Assembly: GCF_003334305.1 (NCBI RefSeq) | Contig: NZ_QOWS01000003.1 | DNA from: Escherichia coli | GTDB taxonomy: Bacteria; Pseudomonadota; Gammaproteobacteria; Enterobacterales; Enterobacteriaceae | DNA: 64,000 nt | Reading direction: 5' to 3' (one strand) | Part shown: positions 1-9,901 of the stretch, one piece after another | How positions within the stretch are numbered: position 1 is the stretch's first letter | Layout of the letters: each line of letters starts with the position of its first letter | Made by a program: the position numbers and the translations under genes | The notes under the pieces: model-generated | What the model was told of the DNA's origin: nothing | Database searches by the model: none | Seen by the model: only the letters and a program-made list of their open reading frames with translations

Positions 1-698
1 ACGCCATCGGCATCCATTGGCGCAACGAACATCAGTGCGAAGTCCGGGTTTTCGCCCATTACTTGTGCCGAGCCGAAGCCAATCATGTTGTAGTGAGTCA
101 GCGCCGAGTTGGTGGCAACCACTTTCGCACCGCTAACGATAATCCCGGCGTCAGTCTCTTTTTCCAGCTTGATGTAAACGTCTTTCACTTTATCGGTCGG
201 CAAATGACGATCGATCGGTGGGTTAACAATCGCGTGGTTAAAGTAGAGGCCAGTTTCCTGAATACGGGTGTACCAGTTACGGGCGTTCTGCTCGAACTGA
301 CCGTAAAAGCCCGGATTCGCGCCCAGTGCGCAACCGAAAGCAGCTTTGTAGTCTGGGGTACGGCCCATCCAGCCATAGCTCAGGCGTGACCATTCAGCGA
401 TGGCGTCGCGTTGCTGGCGCAGGTCGTCGGCACTTTTCGCCACGCGGAAGAATTTATGGGTATAGCCGCCGCTGCCGGTGTCGGTGTTCCAACACAGAGA
501 GTCCTGCATCTCCGGTTTGTGCAGCGCGTCGTACAGTTGGGCAACAGACGCTGCCGCATTACGAAATGCCGGATGAGTGGTGACGTCTTTCACTCGCTCG
601 CCATAGATATAGATCTCGCGACCATCCTGCAGGCTTTTCAGATACTCTTCCCCGGTGAAAGGACGTTGGGTACTGGCGCGGAAATCTTCTGGTTTCAT
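1..698 (-). CDS. hpaB: 4-hydroxyphenylacetate 3-monooxygenase, oxygenase component (partial; N-terminal about 232 codons, gene continues beyond window start)
   Basis: Minus-strand translation from ATG at 698 gives MKPEDFRASTQRPFTGEEYLKSLQDGREIYIYGERVKD..., matching HpaB from memory; open to position 1; absent from ORF track because truncated by window edge. Confidence 0.85.
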   Translation of the reverse strand, partial: MKPEDFRASTQRPFTGEEYLKSLQDGREIYIYGERVKDVTTHPAFRNAAASVAQLYDALHKPEMQDSLCWNTDTGSGGYTHKFFRVAKSADDLRQQRDAIAEWSRLSYGWMGRTPDYKAAFGCALGANPGFYGQFEQNARNWYTRIQETGLYFNHAIVNPPIDRHLPTDKVKDVYIKLEKETDAGIIVSGAKVVATNSALTHYNMIGFGSAQVMGENPDFALMFVAPMDADG

Positions 699-948
699 GT
701 CGACCTCTACAGTATTAATCGGAATACGATTGTTAATTTTGTGTGTTGTTTTTGTTATTTAATTGAAGCTTGCAGGGGCGATTACGGGAAGACACTTTTG
801 GGACAATGGCTGGTACTTTTCAGGTCGGGTACGGTTTTGTGATCGAGGTCGCTTTTAGCGATTTTTAACGTTACTAAATCCCCTTGCTCCAGGCGGAGAA
901 AGGGGAATAGCAGGTGGTGCCTGGTTTCCCGTTAAGGCTAAGGGATTT

Positions 949-1839
949 TCACGTCACAGGTACTTTTTTGGCACGATAAGCACTGGGCGAGCAACCGACT
1001 AAGCGATTAAAAAAGCGCGCAAAATAAGCCGGATCTTTAAAACCGAGTTGCCAGGCAATATTGTTCACGGCGTTATCAGAAAACAGCAGCAGCCGCTTGG
1101 CTTCTCGTAGCTGCCTGTCGAAAATCAACCGTTTTGGCGGACGGTTGGCAAAGCGGCGGCAGATGTCCGTGAGTCGTGATTCGGTGATATGCAGTTCGTT
1201 AGCGTAATCCGGTACTGTCCAGTGCTGATGAAAATGGCTTTCAATCAGCATATTAAAACGCTGGAACAGTTTTAATTCTCCGCGCATCCCGCTGGCGGCA
1301 TGGTCGTCGAGTTTTGCATTACGCAGCAGTAGGGTGAACACTGCCTGTGCCAGTAGCGTCAGGGTGTGTTCCCGTCCAGGCAGTTGTTCCACCGATTCCC
1401 GCTCTATCAGTTGCCAATAGTGTTCCAGCGCCGCCAGTTCGTCGGGTTTATCTGCCAGTGACAGGCAAATCCCCGGCAGGCCGAAGGTTTCCCGAGTGCC
1501 TGGATAAAGAACTTCCAGCAGGGGCCAGATCAGATCTTCCCGTACCGTCAACACATGACCGTCGGCGTCAGACTCCGTAATAAACGCATGAGGTACTGAC
1601 GGTGGCGTCAGGACAAACAGGGGCGCTTCCACCGAGTAGCGATGATCGTCAAGCTGTAGCTCAATCTGTCCGCTATTGAGGAAATGCATCTGAAAGTACT
1701 GTTCGTGGCGATGTGGCAGCATATGGCGGCCAAAAAAGGCCGCCATGCGGGCGAACGACTGATAATGCACATCGTCCGTGCCCAGGCTTTCATCGTACTC
1801 TTTGCTGATATCAATATTGGCAATCTGACGGTCACACAT
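949..1839 (-). CDS. hpaA: AraC/XylS-family transcriptional activator of hpaBC
   Basis: 296-aa ORF; C-terminal AraC-type HTH (…ANELHITESRLTDICRRF…); position between hpaX and hpaB as in described hpa clusters. Confidence 0.85.
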   Translation of the reverse strand: MCDRQIANIDISKEYDESLGTDDVHYQSFARMAAFFGRHMLPHRHEQYFQMHFLNSGQIELQLDDHRYSVEAPLFVLTPPSVPHAFITESDADGHVLTVREDLIWPLLEVLYPGTRETFGLPGICLSLADKPDELAALEHYWQLIERESVEQLPGREHTLTLLAQAVFTLLLRNAKLDDHAASGMRGELKLFQRFNMLIESHFHQHWTVPDYANELHITESRLTDICRRFANRPPKRLIFDRQLREAKRLLLFSDNAVNNIAWQLGFKDPAYFARFFNRLVGCSPSAYRAKKVPVT

Positions 1840-1848
1840 CGTCGTTCC

Positions 1849-3225
1849 TTACGGGGTCGCTCGCGGACGGGAGGACTGCATTGGAATCGCCCAGATAATC
1901 CCCGCACCAATCACCAGCAGCGCGGCAACAAACCACAATCCACTGTTAAAGCTGCCGGTCAGATCTTTCAACCAGCCGATCATAAACGGACTTAACGCTG
2001 AACCAATGTTGCCAGTGGCGTTGATCACCGCAATACCGATCGCTCGTGCCCGCAGGCTGATGGACTGATCCGGTGTTGTCCAGAAAATCGCCATTGCGCT
2101 GAATGATCCGGTCGAAGCCATAATGATCCCCAGCATCTGGATCATGTTGTGATCAGTTGCCGAAGCCAGTAACCAACCTGCGGCAGCGAACAAATAAGGA
2201 AGGGCGGTGTGATGCCTTCGTTCCTGGCGGCGATCTGAGTGACGGCTCCAGTAGACCATCCCGAGAATGGTACAAATCTGCGGTACGGCGGCCAGCAGGC
2301 CGATGGTGATATTACTGCTGCCCTGATTAAAACTTTGCAGGATCTGCGGTGTCCAGATGCTGATCGCACTAAGTGTGTTGGTCAGGCAGAAATACGCCAG
2401 GGTATACATCATCACCACCGGAGTGAAGATCTCCCGCCACATACTGCGTTGTTGCATGGCGTGGTGGCTGATGGCTCCCTCTGGCTGAACCAGCGTCAGA
2501 CGATCGTTATCCATCATCTCTTGCAGGCATTTTTTGTCTTCTTTCGTCAGCCACTTAGCTTTGTCCGGTGAGTCATCAAGCCAGAACCACACCATGACGC
2601 CGAGTAATACCGACGGGAAGCCTTCCAGCAAAAACAGCCACTGCCAGCCTTTTAATGCCATTACGCCATCCAGCGACAAAATGTAGCCGGAAACGAGCGA
2701 TCCCAACGCTGTCGTTACCGGCATTGCAACCATAAACAAGGCGTTGGCACGGGCGCGGAAATAGGCCGGAAACCAGAAGGTTAAATACAGCAGAATGCCA
2801 GGCAGAAAGCCGGCTTCGGTAATGCCAACCAGTATACGCAGTACGTACAAGCTGGTGGGGCCAGTGGCAAACATGGTGGCAGTAGAGGCGATGCCCCAGA
2901 GCACCATGATGGTGGCGATCCAGCGCCGCGCACCGACAATACTCAGCATAATGTTGCTGGGAATGCCGAAGATGACATAAGCGGCATAGAACAGGGTGGT
3001 AGCGAGGCCAAACATGGTGGCGCTCAGACCGAGGTCGCGTCCCATCGTGAGTCCGGCAAAGCCGATGTTGATGCGATCAAGGAACGAGAAGATAAACAGC
3101 ACGAACAGAAAGACGATCAGGCGGCGAAATAGCTTCTTAATAACCGCCTGTTGTCCGGCAGTCAGCGCTTTATGCTGATTCGCCGGATCGATACTCTCCG
3201 GTATGGCAGGTGAGGTGTCGCTCAT
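1849..3225 (-). CDS. hpaX: 4-hydroxyphenylacetate permease, MFS transporter
   Basis: Multi-helix hydrophobic ORF; internal ATG at 3225 (MSDTSPAIPE…) gives about 458 aa with GAGGAAG ribosome-binding site upstream; ORF-track start is an upstream in-frame extension. Confidence 0.8.
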   Translation of the reverse strand: MSDTSPAIPESIDPANQHKALTAGQQAVIKKLFRRLIVFLFVLFIFSFLDRINIGFAGLTMGRDLGLSATMFGLATTLFYAAYVIFGIPSNIMLSIVGARRWIATIMVLWGIASTATMFATGPTSLYVLRILVGITEAGFLPGILLYLTFWFPAYFRARANALFMVAMPVTTALGSLVSGYILSLDGVMALKGWQWLFLLEGFPSVLLGVMVWFWLDDSPDKAKWLTKEDKKCLQEMMDNDRLTLVQPEGAISHHAMQQRSMWREIFTPVVMMYTLAYFCLTNTLSAISIWTPQILQSFNQGSSNITIGLLAAVPQICTILGMVYWSRHSDRRQERRHHTALPYLFAAAGWLLASATDHNMIQMLGIIMASTGSFSAMAIFWTTPDQSISLRARAIGIAVINATGNIGSALSPFMIGWLKDLTGSFNSGLWFVAALLVIGAGIIWAIPMQSSRPRATP

Positions 3226-3267
3226 TTTTCTTCCTCTAATGGGATTTTTGTAGGGTACGACAAGGTT

Positions 3268-3399
<132 letters not shown>

Positions 3400-3400
<1 letters not shown>

Positions 3401-4188
3401 TAATACACGCCGGGCTTCACGGCGGTGGCCTGCGCACCAAACCGTGCTGCCAGCGCTTCAGCGGCGCGGGCGAGCAGGGTGGTGTCAACGCCGACGGCGA
3501 CAAACAGCGCGCCCAGTTCCAGATAGCGTTTTGCCAGTTGCTCATTGGCGATCAGGATCCCCGGCGCTTTGCCCGCTTCGCGGATCTGCACGATCGCCTG
3601 CTCAATGGCGGCCTGTACTTCCGGGTGCTGCGGATTACCGGCATAACCCATATCGGCGCTCAGATCCGCCGGGCCGATAAACACGCCGTCGACCCCTTCC
3701 ACGTCCAGAATCTGCGGTAAGTTCTTCATTGCCTCACGCGTTTCGATCTGCACCAGCACGCACATTTGATCGTTGGCTTTTTGCAGGTAATCAGGAATGC
3801 GATTCCAGCGCGAGGCACGGGCCAGCGCACTGCCCACACCGCGAATACCGGCGGGGGGATAACGGGTGGCGCGTACCGCTTCACGGGCTTCGTCAGCGTT
3901 TTGAACCATCGGCACCAGTAAGGTTTGTGTGCCGACGTCCAGCAGTTGTTTGATTTGCACCGGATCGTTCCACGACGGACGTACTACCGGCTGGCTGGGG
4001 TAGGGCGCAATCGCCTGTAGCTGGGTGAGCACGGTTTGCACGTTATTCGGCGCGTGCTCACCGTCGATCAATAACCAGTCGAATCCTGCTCCGGCCAGTA
4101 ACTCTGCGCTGTAGCTGCTACTTAGCCCCAGCCATAATCCGATCTGCGGGCGGCCTGCTTTCAGCGCCGCTTTAAAACTGTTTTCCAT
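3400..4188 (-). CDS. hpaI: 2,4-dihydroxyhept-2-ene-1,7-dioate aldolase
   Basis: ATG at 4188 ([19 protein letters not shown]…) gives 262 aa; ORF-track start at 4329 is an upstream extension overlapping hpaH. Confidence 0.85.
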
Positions 4189-4198
4189 CGTTCTCTCC

Positions 4199-5002
4199 TT
4201 AAACAAAGCGGCAGCTAATGGAGCCCATGTTGCCGTAATCGACGTGGAAGGTGTCGCCCTTACGCGCCGGAACCGGGCGGGTGAACGAACCGCCGAGAAT
4301 GATTTGCCCGGCTTCCAGTTGTACGTCATACGGTGCGAGTTTGTTCGCCAGCCAGGCCACGCCGTTTGCCGGATGATTTAGCACGCCAGCGGCGACGCCG
4401 GTTTCTTCAATCACGCCATTGCGATACATCAGGGCGGAGATCCAACGCAGATCCAGTTCGTCTGGTTTGATCGGACGACCGCCGAGGATCACTCCGGCGT
4501 TGGCGGCGTTATCAGAAATGGTGTCGAACACTTTGCGCGGGCGCTGGGTTTCCGGATCGATGTTGTGGCAGCGAGCGTCGATCAGCTCCAGCGCCGGGAT
4601 CACGTAGTCCGTGGCGTTGTAGACGTCGAACAGCGTGCAGTTTGGCCCACGCAGCGGTTTTGCCAGCACGAAAGCCAGCTCCACTTCAATGCGCGGCACG
4701 ATAAAGCGATCGGTCGGGATATCGCTGCCATCGTGGAAGAACATGTCGTCCAGCAATGCACCGTAATCTGGTTCGCTGATTTGTGAGCTGGCCTGCATCG
4801 CTTTCGAGGTCAGACCGATTTTGTGGCCTTTCAGCGTACGGCCTTCGGCGATTTTCAGTCGAACCCATTCACGCTGCACCGCGTAAGCGTCTTCGATGGT
4901 GATCTCCGGGTAATCCAGGGAGATCGCGCGGATCTGTTCGCGCTGTTTTTCTGCCTGATCCAGACGCTGGGCGATCAGGGTGTGGGTGTGTTTATCGAAC
5001 AT
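4199..5002 (-). CDS. hpaH: 2-oxo-hept-3-ene-1,7-dioate hydratase
   Basis: 267 aa from [16 protein letters not shown]…; fumarylacetoacetate-hydrolase-like sequence; position in hpa operon. Confidence 0.85.
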
Positions 5003-5021
5003 AGCGATATCCTGTGGCATT

Positions 5022-5052
5022 GCCGGATGCGGCTGCGCCTTATCATCCGGCC
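5022..5052. repeat. REP-like palindromic unit inside the hpa operon
   Basis: GCCGGATGCGGCTGCGCCTTATCATCCGGCC between hpaF stop and hpaH start. Confidence 0.5.
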
Positions 5053-5069
5053 TGGAAGCTGGTGCAAAT

Positions 5070-5450
5070 TTATTTAAACAACGCGTGCACGTTGTTTTGT
5101 TTAAAATTCAGCGTCGGGTGCAGCTCTGCAATCTCAAATGAAAGCGCCAGGTAACGGCTCTCCATCAGTGAGGCGAAGTGCGTTTTAATCAGATCAAACA
5201 GCATTTCGCCCACTTCCTGACGGCTTTCCAGGCTGCGCCCGCTGCCGATTTTTAGCGTCATATGCACAAAGGCGTAATCGTGCTTGCCATCAGCCATTTG
5301 CCAGGTATCGATCCAGTGCGCCCGGCTACGTATTCCCCCAAGCGGAAAAATCCCCGTCGCCGCCAGTGCAGTGTTAACACTGGCAAACAGCTCAGGTAAG
5401 CGGGCTTCTTGACGAATATTTTCAGTACATTCCACGATAAAGTGCGGCAT
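5070..5450 (-). CDS. hpaF: 5-carboxymethyl-2-hydroxymuconate isomerase
   Basis: 126-aa [25 protein letters not shown]…. Confidence 0.85.
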   Translation of the reverse strand: MPHFIVECTENIRQEARLPELFASVNTALAATGIFPLGGIRSRAHWIDTWQMADGKHDYAFVHMTLKIGSGRSLESRQEVGEMLFDLIKTHFASLMESRYLALSFEIAELHPTLNFKQNNVHALFK

Positions 5451-5459
5451 GGTGGTTCC

Positions 5460-6311
5460 TTACGCGGGAAGCGGGAAAACAGCGTTAACCTGACCGGTGC
5501 CAGAGCTTGGGAATAGCTCGGTGATAAACTCCACCTTGCCGTCGTATTTATCCCAGCCGAGCATCCCCAGCAGCATCACCGTGTCGTGCATATTGCCTTC
5601 GCCGTAGCAGTAGTCGGCGTACTCCGGCAGCATATTGCAGAACTCTTTGAACTGGCCTTCGCGCCACAACTTCACCACGCGCTCGTCCATCTGGCGGTCG
5701 AACTCGCGGGTGTAGCTGTTCATCCCTTCTTCTGCACGCTGATCGTCAATAAAGCGGTGCGATAACGAACCGCTGGCAAGGACCGCCACGGTGCCGTCGT
5801 ACTGTTCGATCGCTTTCAGAATCGCTTCGCCCAGCTTGCGGCTGTCGGCAAAATCGTGAACCGTGCAGAAAGCCGAAATGGAGACCACTTTGAAGCGCTT
5901 GTCTTCATTCATGTAGCGCATCGGTACCAGCGTGCCGTATTCCAGTTTCAGGCTGGGAATGTTGTGCGCTTTTGCCCGCACGCCGAGCTTTAAGGCTTCA
6001 TCGGCAATTAGCTGCCCCAACTCCGGGTTGCCCTCGTAGTTGTAGGTCATGTCACGAATAAAATGCGGCAGCTCGTTGCTGGTGTAGACGCCTTCAAAAT
6101 GGTCTGCACAGTTGATGTGATAAGCACTGTTGACCAGCCAGTGGGTATCGAAAACGATAATGGTATCGACGCCCATTTCCCGGCAACGCTTGCTGATCTC
6201 TTTATGCCCGTCGATCGCACCCTGGCGGCAACCGTGGTTTTTCCCTGGCAGTTCAGAGAGATACATCGACGGTACGTGCGTGATCTTGGCGGCTAACGCT
6301 AACTTACCCAT
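5460..6311 (-). CDS. hpaD: 3,4-dihydroxyphenylacetate 2,3-dioxygenase (extradiol)
   Basis: 283-aa ORF; operon position. Confidence 0.85.
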   Translation of the reverse strand: MGKLALAAKITHVPSMYLSELPGKNHGCRQGAIDGHKEISKRCREMGVDTIIVFDTHWLVNSAYHINCADHFEGVYTSNELPHFIRDMTYNYEGNPELGQLIADEALKLGVRAKAHNIPSLKLEYGTLVPMRYMNEDKRFKVVSISAFCTVHDFADSRKLGEAILKAIEQYDGTVAVLASGSLSHRFIDDQRAEEGMNSYTREFDRQMDERVVKLWREGQFKEFCNMLPEYADYCYGEGNMHDTVMLLGMLGWDKYDGKVEFITELFPSSGTGQVNAVFPLPA

Positions 6312-6312
6312 A

Positions 6313-7779
6313 TCAGACTCCCCATTTCGGAATTGGATGGTCGCCCATGGAAATGCAGACGTTCTTCATTTCCGCGAACACTTCGAAGCTGTACTCACCG
6401 CCTTCACGTCCGGTGCCGGAGGCTTTTACGCCGCCAAACGGCTGGCGCAGGTCGCGGACGTTCTGGGTGTTGACGAACACCATGCCTGCTTCAATGCCAC
6501 GCGCCAGGCGTAACACTTTGCTGACATCCTGTGTCCAGATGTACGACGCGAGGCCGTACTCCACGTCGTTTGCCAGGCGTAAGCCTTCGGCTTCGTCTTT
6601 AAACGGCAGCAGGCAGGCGACCGGCCCGAAAATCTCTTCCTGGGCGACGCGCATACGGTTATCAACGTCTGCCAGCACCGTTGGGCGCAGGAAGTTGCCG
6701 CCTTTCAGGTGTGCAGGCAGGTCAGACGGTTTATCCGGGCCGCCCGCCAGCAGGGTTGCGCCTTCTTCAATGCCGAGACGGATATAGCCGGAGACTTTTT
6801 CCCAGTGTTGCTGGCTGATAAGCGCCCCAACCTGGGTATTTGGATCGTTCGGATCGCCCACGCGCAGACGGTTGGCGCGTTCGGCAAAGCGTTTAACGAA
6901 TTCCGGGTAGATGCTCTGCTGAATAAAGATGCGCGAACCGGCGGTGCAGCGTTCGCCGTTGATCGAGAAGATGGTGAACAGGGCGGCGTCCAGCGCGCGT
7001 TCAATATCAGCATCTTCAAAAATCAGCACCGGCGATTTACCGCCCAGTTCCATGGAGTATTTTTTCAGCCCGGCGTTTTTCATGATGTTGCGCCCGGTGG
7101 CGGTACCGCCGGTGAACGACACGGCACGCACGTCATGATGACGAACCAGCGCATCCCCTGCGGTTGCGCCGTAGCCCTGTACCACGTTCAGCACGCCTGC
7201 CGGAATACCGGCTTCCAGCGCCAGCTCACCCAGGCGGTCAGCGGTCAGCGGGGAGAGTTCCGACATCTTCAGCACCGCGGTATTGCCCAGCGCCAGACAC
7301 GGCGCGACCTTCCAGGTGGCGGTCATAAACGGCACGTTCCACGGCGATACCAGCGCACAAACGCCCACCGGCTGCACCAGCGTGTAGTTGAGCATCTTGT
7401 CGTCAACCGGATAGGTCTTGCCGTTCATCTGCTGGCAGACTTCCGCGAAAAATTCAAAGTTGTGAGAAGCGCGTGGGATCAACACATTTTTGGTCTGATG
7501 GATCGGCAGGCCCGTGTCCGCGGTTTCCATCGCGGCGATCTCCGGTACGTTCTGGTCGATCAGATCGCCCAGACGGCGCATCAGGCGCGCGCGCTCTTTC
7601 ATCGGCAGATTGGCCCATTTCGGGAACGCCTCTTTCGCTGCCGCTACCGCCTGATTGATCTCCGCTTCACCGCCGGAGGCCACATCCGCCAGCACTTCAC
7701 CCGTTGCCGGATTGGTAGTCTGGAAGTAGTCGTTACCTGCAACATTTTTACCGTTGATCCAATGATTTACTTTTTTCAT
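6313..7779 (-). CDS. hpaE: 5-carboxymethyl-2-hydroxymuconate semialdehyde dehydrogenase
   Basis: 488-aa ORF with aldehyde dehydrogenase hallmarks (…FTGGTATGRNIM…ELGGKSP…). Confidence 0.9.
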   Translation of the reverse strand: MKKVNHWINGKNVAGNDYFQTTNPATGEVLADVASGGEAEINQAVAAAKEAFPKWANLPMKERARLMRRLGDLIDQNVPEIAAMETADTGLPIHQTKNVLIPRASHNFEFFAEVCQQMNGKTYPVDDKMLNYTLVQPVGVCALVSPWNVPFMTATWKVAPCLALGNTAVLKMSELSPLTADRLGELALEAGIPAGVLNVVQGYGATAGDALVRHHDVRAVSFTGGTATGRNIMKNAGLKKYSMELGGKSPVLIFEDADIERALDAALFTIFSINGERCTAGSRIFIQQSIYPEFVKRFAERANRLRVGDPNDPNTQVGALISQQHWEKVSGYIRLGIEEGATLLAGGPDKPSDLPAHLKGGNFLRPTVLADVDNRMRVAQEEIFGPVACLLPFKDEAEGLRLANDVEYGLASYIWTQDVSKVLRLARGIEAGMVFVNTQNVRDLRQPFGGVKASGTGREGGEYSFEVFAEMKNVCISMGDHPIPKWGV

Positions 7780-9065
7780 TTCGCTGTTTCCTCACTCACA
7801 ATTCGGTTCACCAGGCGGCCCACGCCTTCTACTTCCACCACCACTTCATCGCCAGGCACCACGTCAGATAAGCCTTTTGGTGTGCCGGTGGCGATCATGT
7901 CGCCCGGATTCAGGGTCATAAATTCGCTTAAGTAGGCGATCAGGAAGGGCACGCTGAAGATCAGATCGGCGGTGGTGCCTTGCTGGCGTAACTCGCCGTT
8001 GACGAAGGTGCGAAGGGTCAGATTATGCGGGTCCGGGATCGCCTCTTTCGGCACGATGGTTGAAAGCATCGGCGTCAGTCCGTCGCGGCTTTTGACCCGC
8101 AGGTTAGGGCGGTAGTAGTTTTCCAGATAGTCGCGAATGGCGTAGTCGTTACACACGGTGTAGCCCGCGACATAATCCATGGCATCGGCTTCGCTGACGT
8201 TACGCGCCTGTTTGCCAATAACTACCACCAGCTCCGCTTCATAGTGCATGTATTCAATATTGTTTGGACGCACGGAGGTCTGGTTATCGCCAGTGAGGGT
8301 ATTTGGCGCTTTCAGGAACACCAGCGGTTCTTCCGGTGGCTTAAATTCCAGTTCGCTGGCGTGGTCGGCGTAGTTCAGGCCGAGGGCAAACAGCGTGCCG
8401 TGCGGGTGTGGCTGCGTTGGGAAGCTCTTGCGCGTGGTCACTTCACGTTCGTCCACTACCGGATTTTCCAGCGGCGGGAAACCTTCTGCGAGAACACGAA
8501 CGCGATCGCCTGGCTGTATTTCCACGCGCGCCTGTGGCGTGCCGAGCAGAATGGCATCGCCTGGATTCAGTGTGGCAAATTCGCTCAGGGCGCTCAGCAA
8601 CTGCGCGGCGTTACGTTGTAAATCGGCGGTATTCCAGTGATCGGCAGGACGCCCGTTGATCTCGGTATAGATGGTCAGATTATCGACATTGCTGAGAGCC
8701 ACGGTTTCGCCAATGGGGCAGAATCCATCACGACATTTTGCTTTGATTGCCGGGCGGTAAAAGCTCTCTTCCGGCAGGCTGACGTCGTTAGCCAGCGCAT
8801 ATCCGGCGATGTACTCTGCCGCATCTTCTTCACGTACTTTCGTCGCCGTTTTTCCCACAATCAGCGCAACAGTCGCACCGCTCAGTACCTTTTCACCCTG
8901 TGGAAAGGGAATCGGTTCACCGCAACCAATCACCGTATTGCGCGGTTTAATAAACCAGACCGCAGTTTTAGGCGGGGCTTTGTAGGGGGATTGCTGGAAC
9001 GCTTCCTGCCATGCATCAAGTTGGCTGCGATGGTTCAACGCTACGGCGAAGATAGTGCCTTTCAT
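7776..9065 (-). CDS. hpaG: bifunctional isomerase/decarboxylase of the homoprotocatechuate pathway
   Basis: 429 aa from MKGTIFAVALNH…; duplicated FAH-like halves; 4-nt overlap with hpaE. Confidence 0.85.
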   Translation of the reverse strand: MKGTIFAVALNHRSQLDAWQEAFQQSPYKAPPKTAVWFIKPRNTVIGCGEPIPFPQGEKVLSGATVALIVGKTATKVREEDAAEYIAGYALANDVSLPEESFYRPAIKAKCRDGFCPIGETVALSNVDNLTIYTEINGRPADHWNTADLQRNAAQLLSALSEFATLNPGDAILLGTPQARVEIQPGDRVRVLAEGFPPLENPVVDEREVTTRKSFPTQPHPHGTLFALGLNYADHASELEFKPPEEPLVFLKAPNTLTGDNQTSVRPNNIEYMHYEAELVVVIGKQARNVSEADAMDYVAGYTVCNDYAIRDYLENYYRPNLRVKSRDGLTPMLSTIVPKEAIPDPHNLTLRTFVNGELRQQGTTADLIFSVPFLIAYLSEFMTLNPGDMIATGTPKGLSDVVPGDEVVVEVEGVGRLVNRIVSEETAK

Positions 9066-9090
9066 TACCACTCCTCGGATTCGATCATTT

Positions 9091-9114
9091 TAATCATTAA
9101 TATGTTAATGATTA
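9091..9114. promoter_or_regulatory. Inverted repeat in hpaG leader; candidate HpaR operator
   Basis: TAATCATTAA-tatg-TTAATGATTA perfect 10-bp arms, 26 bp upstream of hpaG start in the divergent hpaG/hpaR region. Confidence 0.45.
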
Positions 9115-9336
9115 CTTTTATTCCCGATTGCGTAGTTTGGCAAAAGTAAGTGATGTAAATGTGATCTAATTAACAAACTATTTACATTTAAAGATAATAA
9201 AATATTAAATATCAGCAAGTTAACAAAACATGCTCAATTTTGATAAAATGAAGAATTGCAGGGGCAGCGCAGTCCCGGTAACGTGATGATTAACTGTTTC
9301 TATATTAATGATTTTGAATTTTTCAGGGGAAAGATA

Positions 9337-9783
9337 ATGCACGACTCTCTAACCATTGCGTTGCTCCAGGCGCGAGAAGCGGCGATGAGTTATTTTCGCC
9401 CAATCGTTAAACGGCATAATTTGACTGAGCAACAGTGGCGCATCGTGCGTATTCTGGCGGAAAGCCCATCAATGGATTTTCACGATCTGGCGTATCGCGC
9501 CTGCATTTTGCGCCCAAGCCTGACCGGGATCCTTACGCGGATGGAACGCGACGGTTTAGTGTTGCGATTAAAGCCGATCAATGATCAGCGGAAGCTCTAT
9601 ATCTCGCTAACCAAAGAGGGGCAGGCGCTGTATAACCGCGCTCAGACACAGATTGAAGAAGCCTATCGGCAGATTGAAGCTCAGTTTACTGCCGAGAAAA
9701 TGCAACAGTTAACCCATCTGTTAGAGGAATTTATTGCTCTGGGCAATTCCCGACAAGAAGACATCCCGGGCGATAATGAATAA
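9337..9783 (+). CDS. hpaR: MarR-family repressor of the hpa meta-cleavage operon
   Basis: 148 aa from MHDSLTIALLQAREAAMSYF…; GGGGAAAG ribosome-binding site; divergent from hpaG. Confidence 0.8.
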   Translation: MHDSLTIALLQAREAAMSYFRPIVKRHNLTEQQWRIVRILAESPSMDFHDLAYRACILRPSLTGILTRMERDGLVLRLKPINDQRKLYISLTKEGQALYNRAQTQIEEAYRQIEAQFTAEKMQQLTHLLEEFIALGNSRQEDIPGDNE

Positions 9784-9844
9784 CTTTTTAGTATCTGATA
9801 ACCAGCGCCTGGTTTTTCCATGGATGGCGGGTTACACCTTTTCA

Positions 9845-9871
9845 TAAAGTTTTTGCTTTCCAGGCCGAAAA
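9845..9871 (+). promoter_or_regulatory. Sigma-28 (FliA) type promoter for tsr
   Basis: TAAAGTTT-N11-GCCGAAAA matches the class-3 flagellar promoter consensus TAAAGTTT-N11-GCCGATAA, about 30 bp upstream of tsr ATG. Confidence 0.6.
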
Positions 9872-9901
9872 TCTTGCATCGGTCCACAGGAAAGAGAAAC
9901 C

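Noticed and set aside
6709-7935. 408-aa plus-strand ORF
   Set aside because: Lies entirely antisense within hpaE/hpaG; the translation is low-complexity and Arg/Gly-rich, typical of an antisense frame in GC-rich coding DNA.
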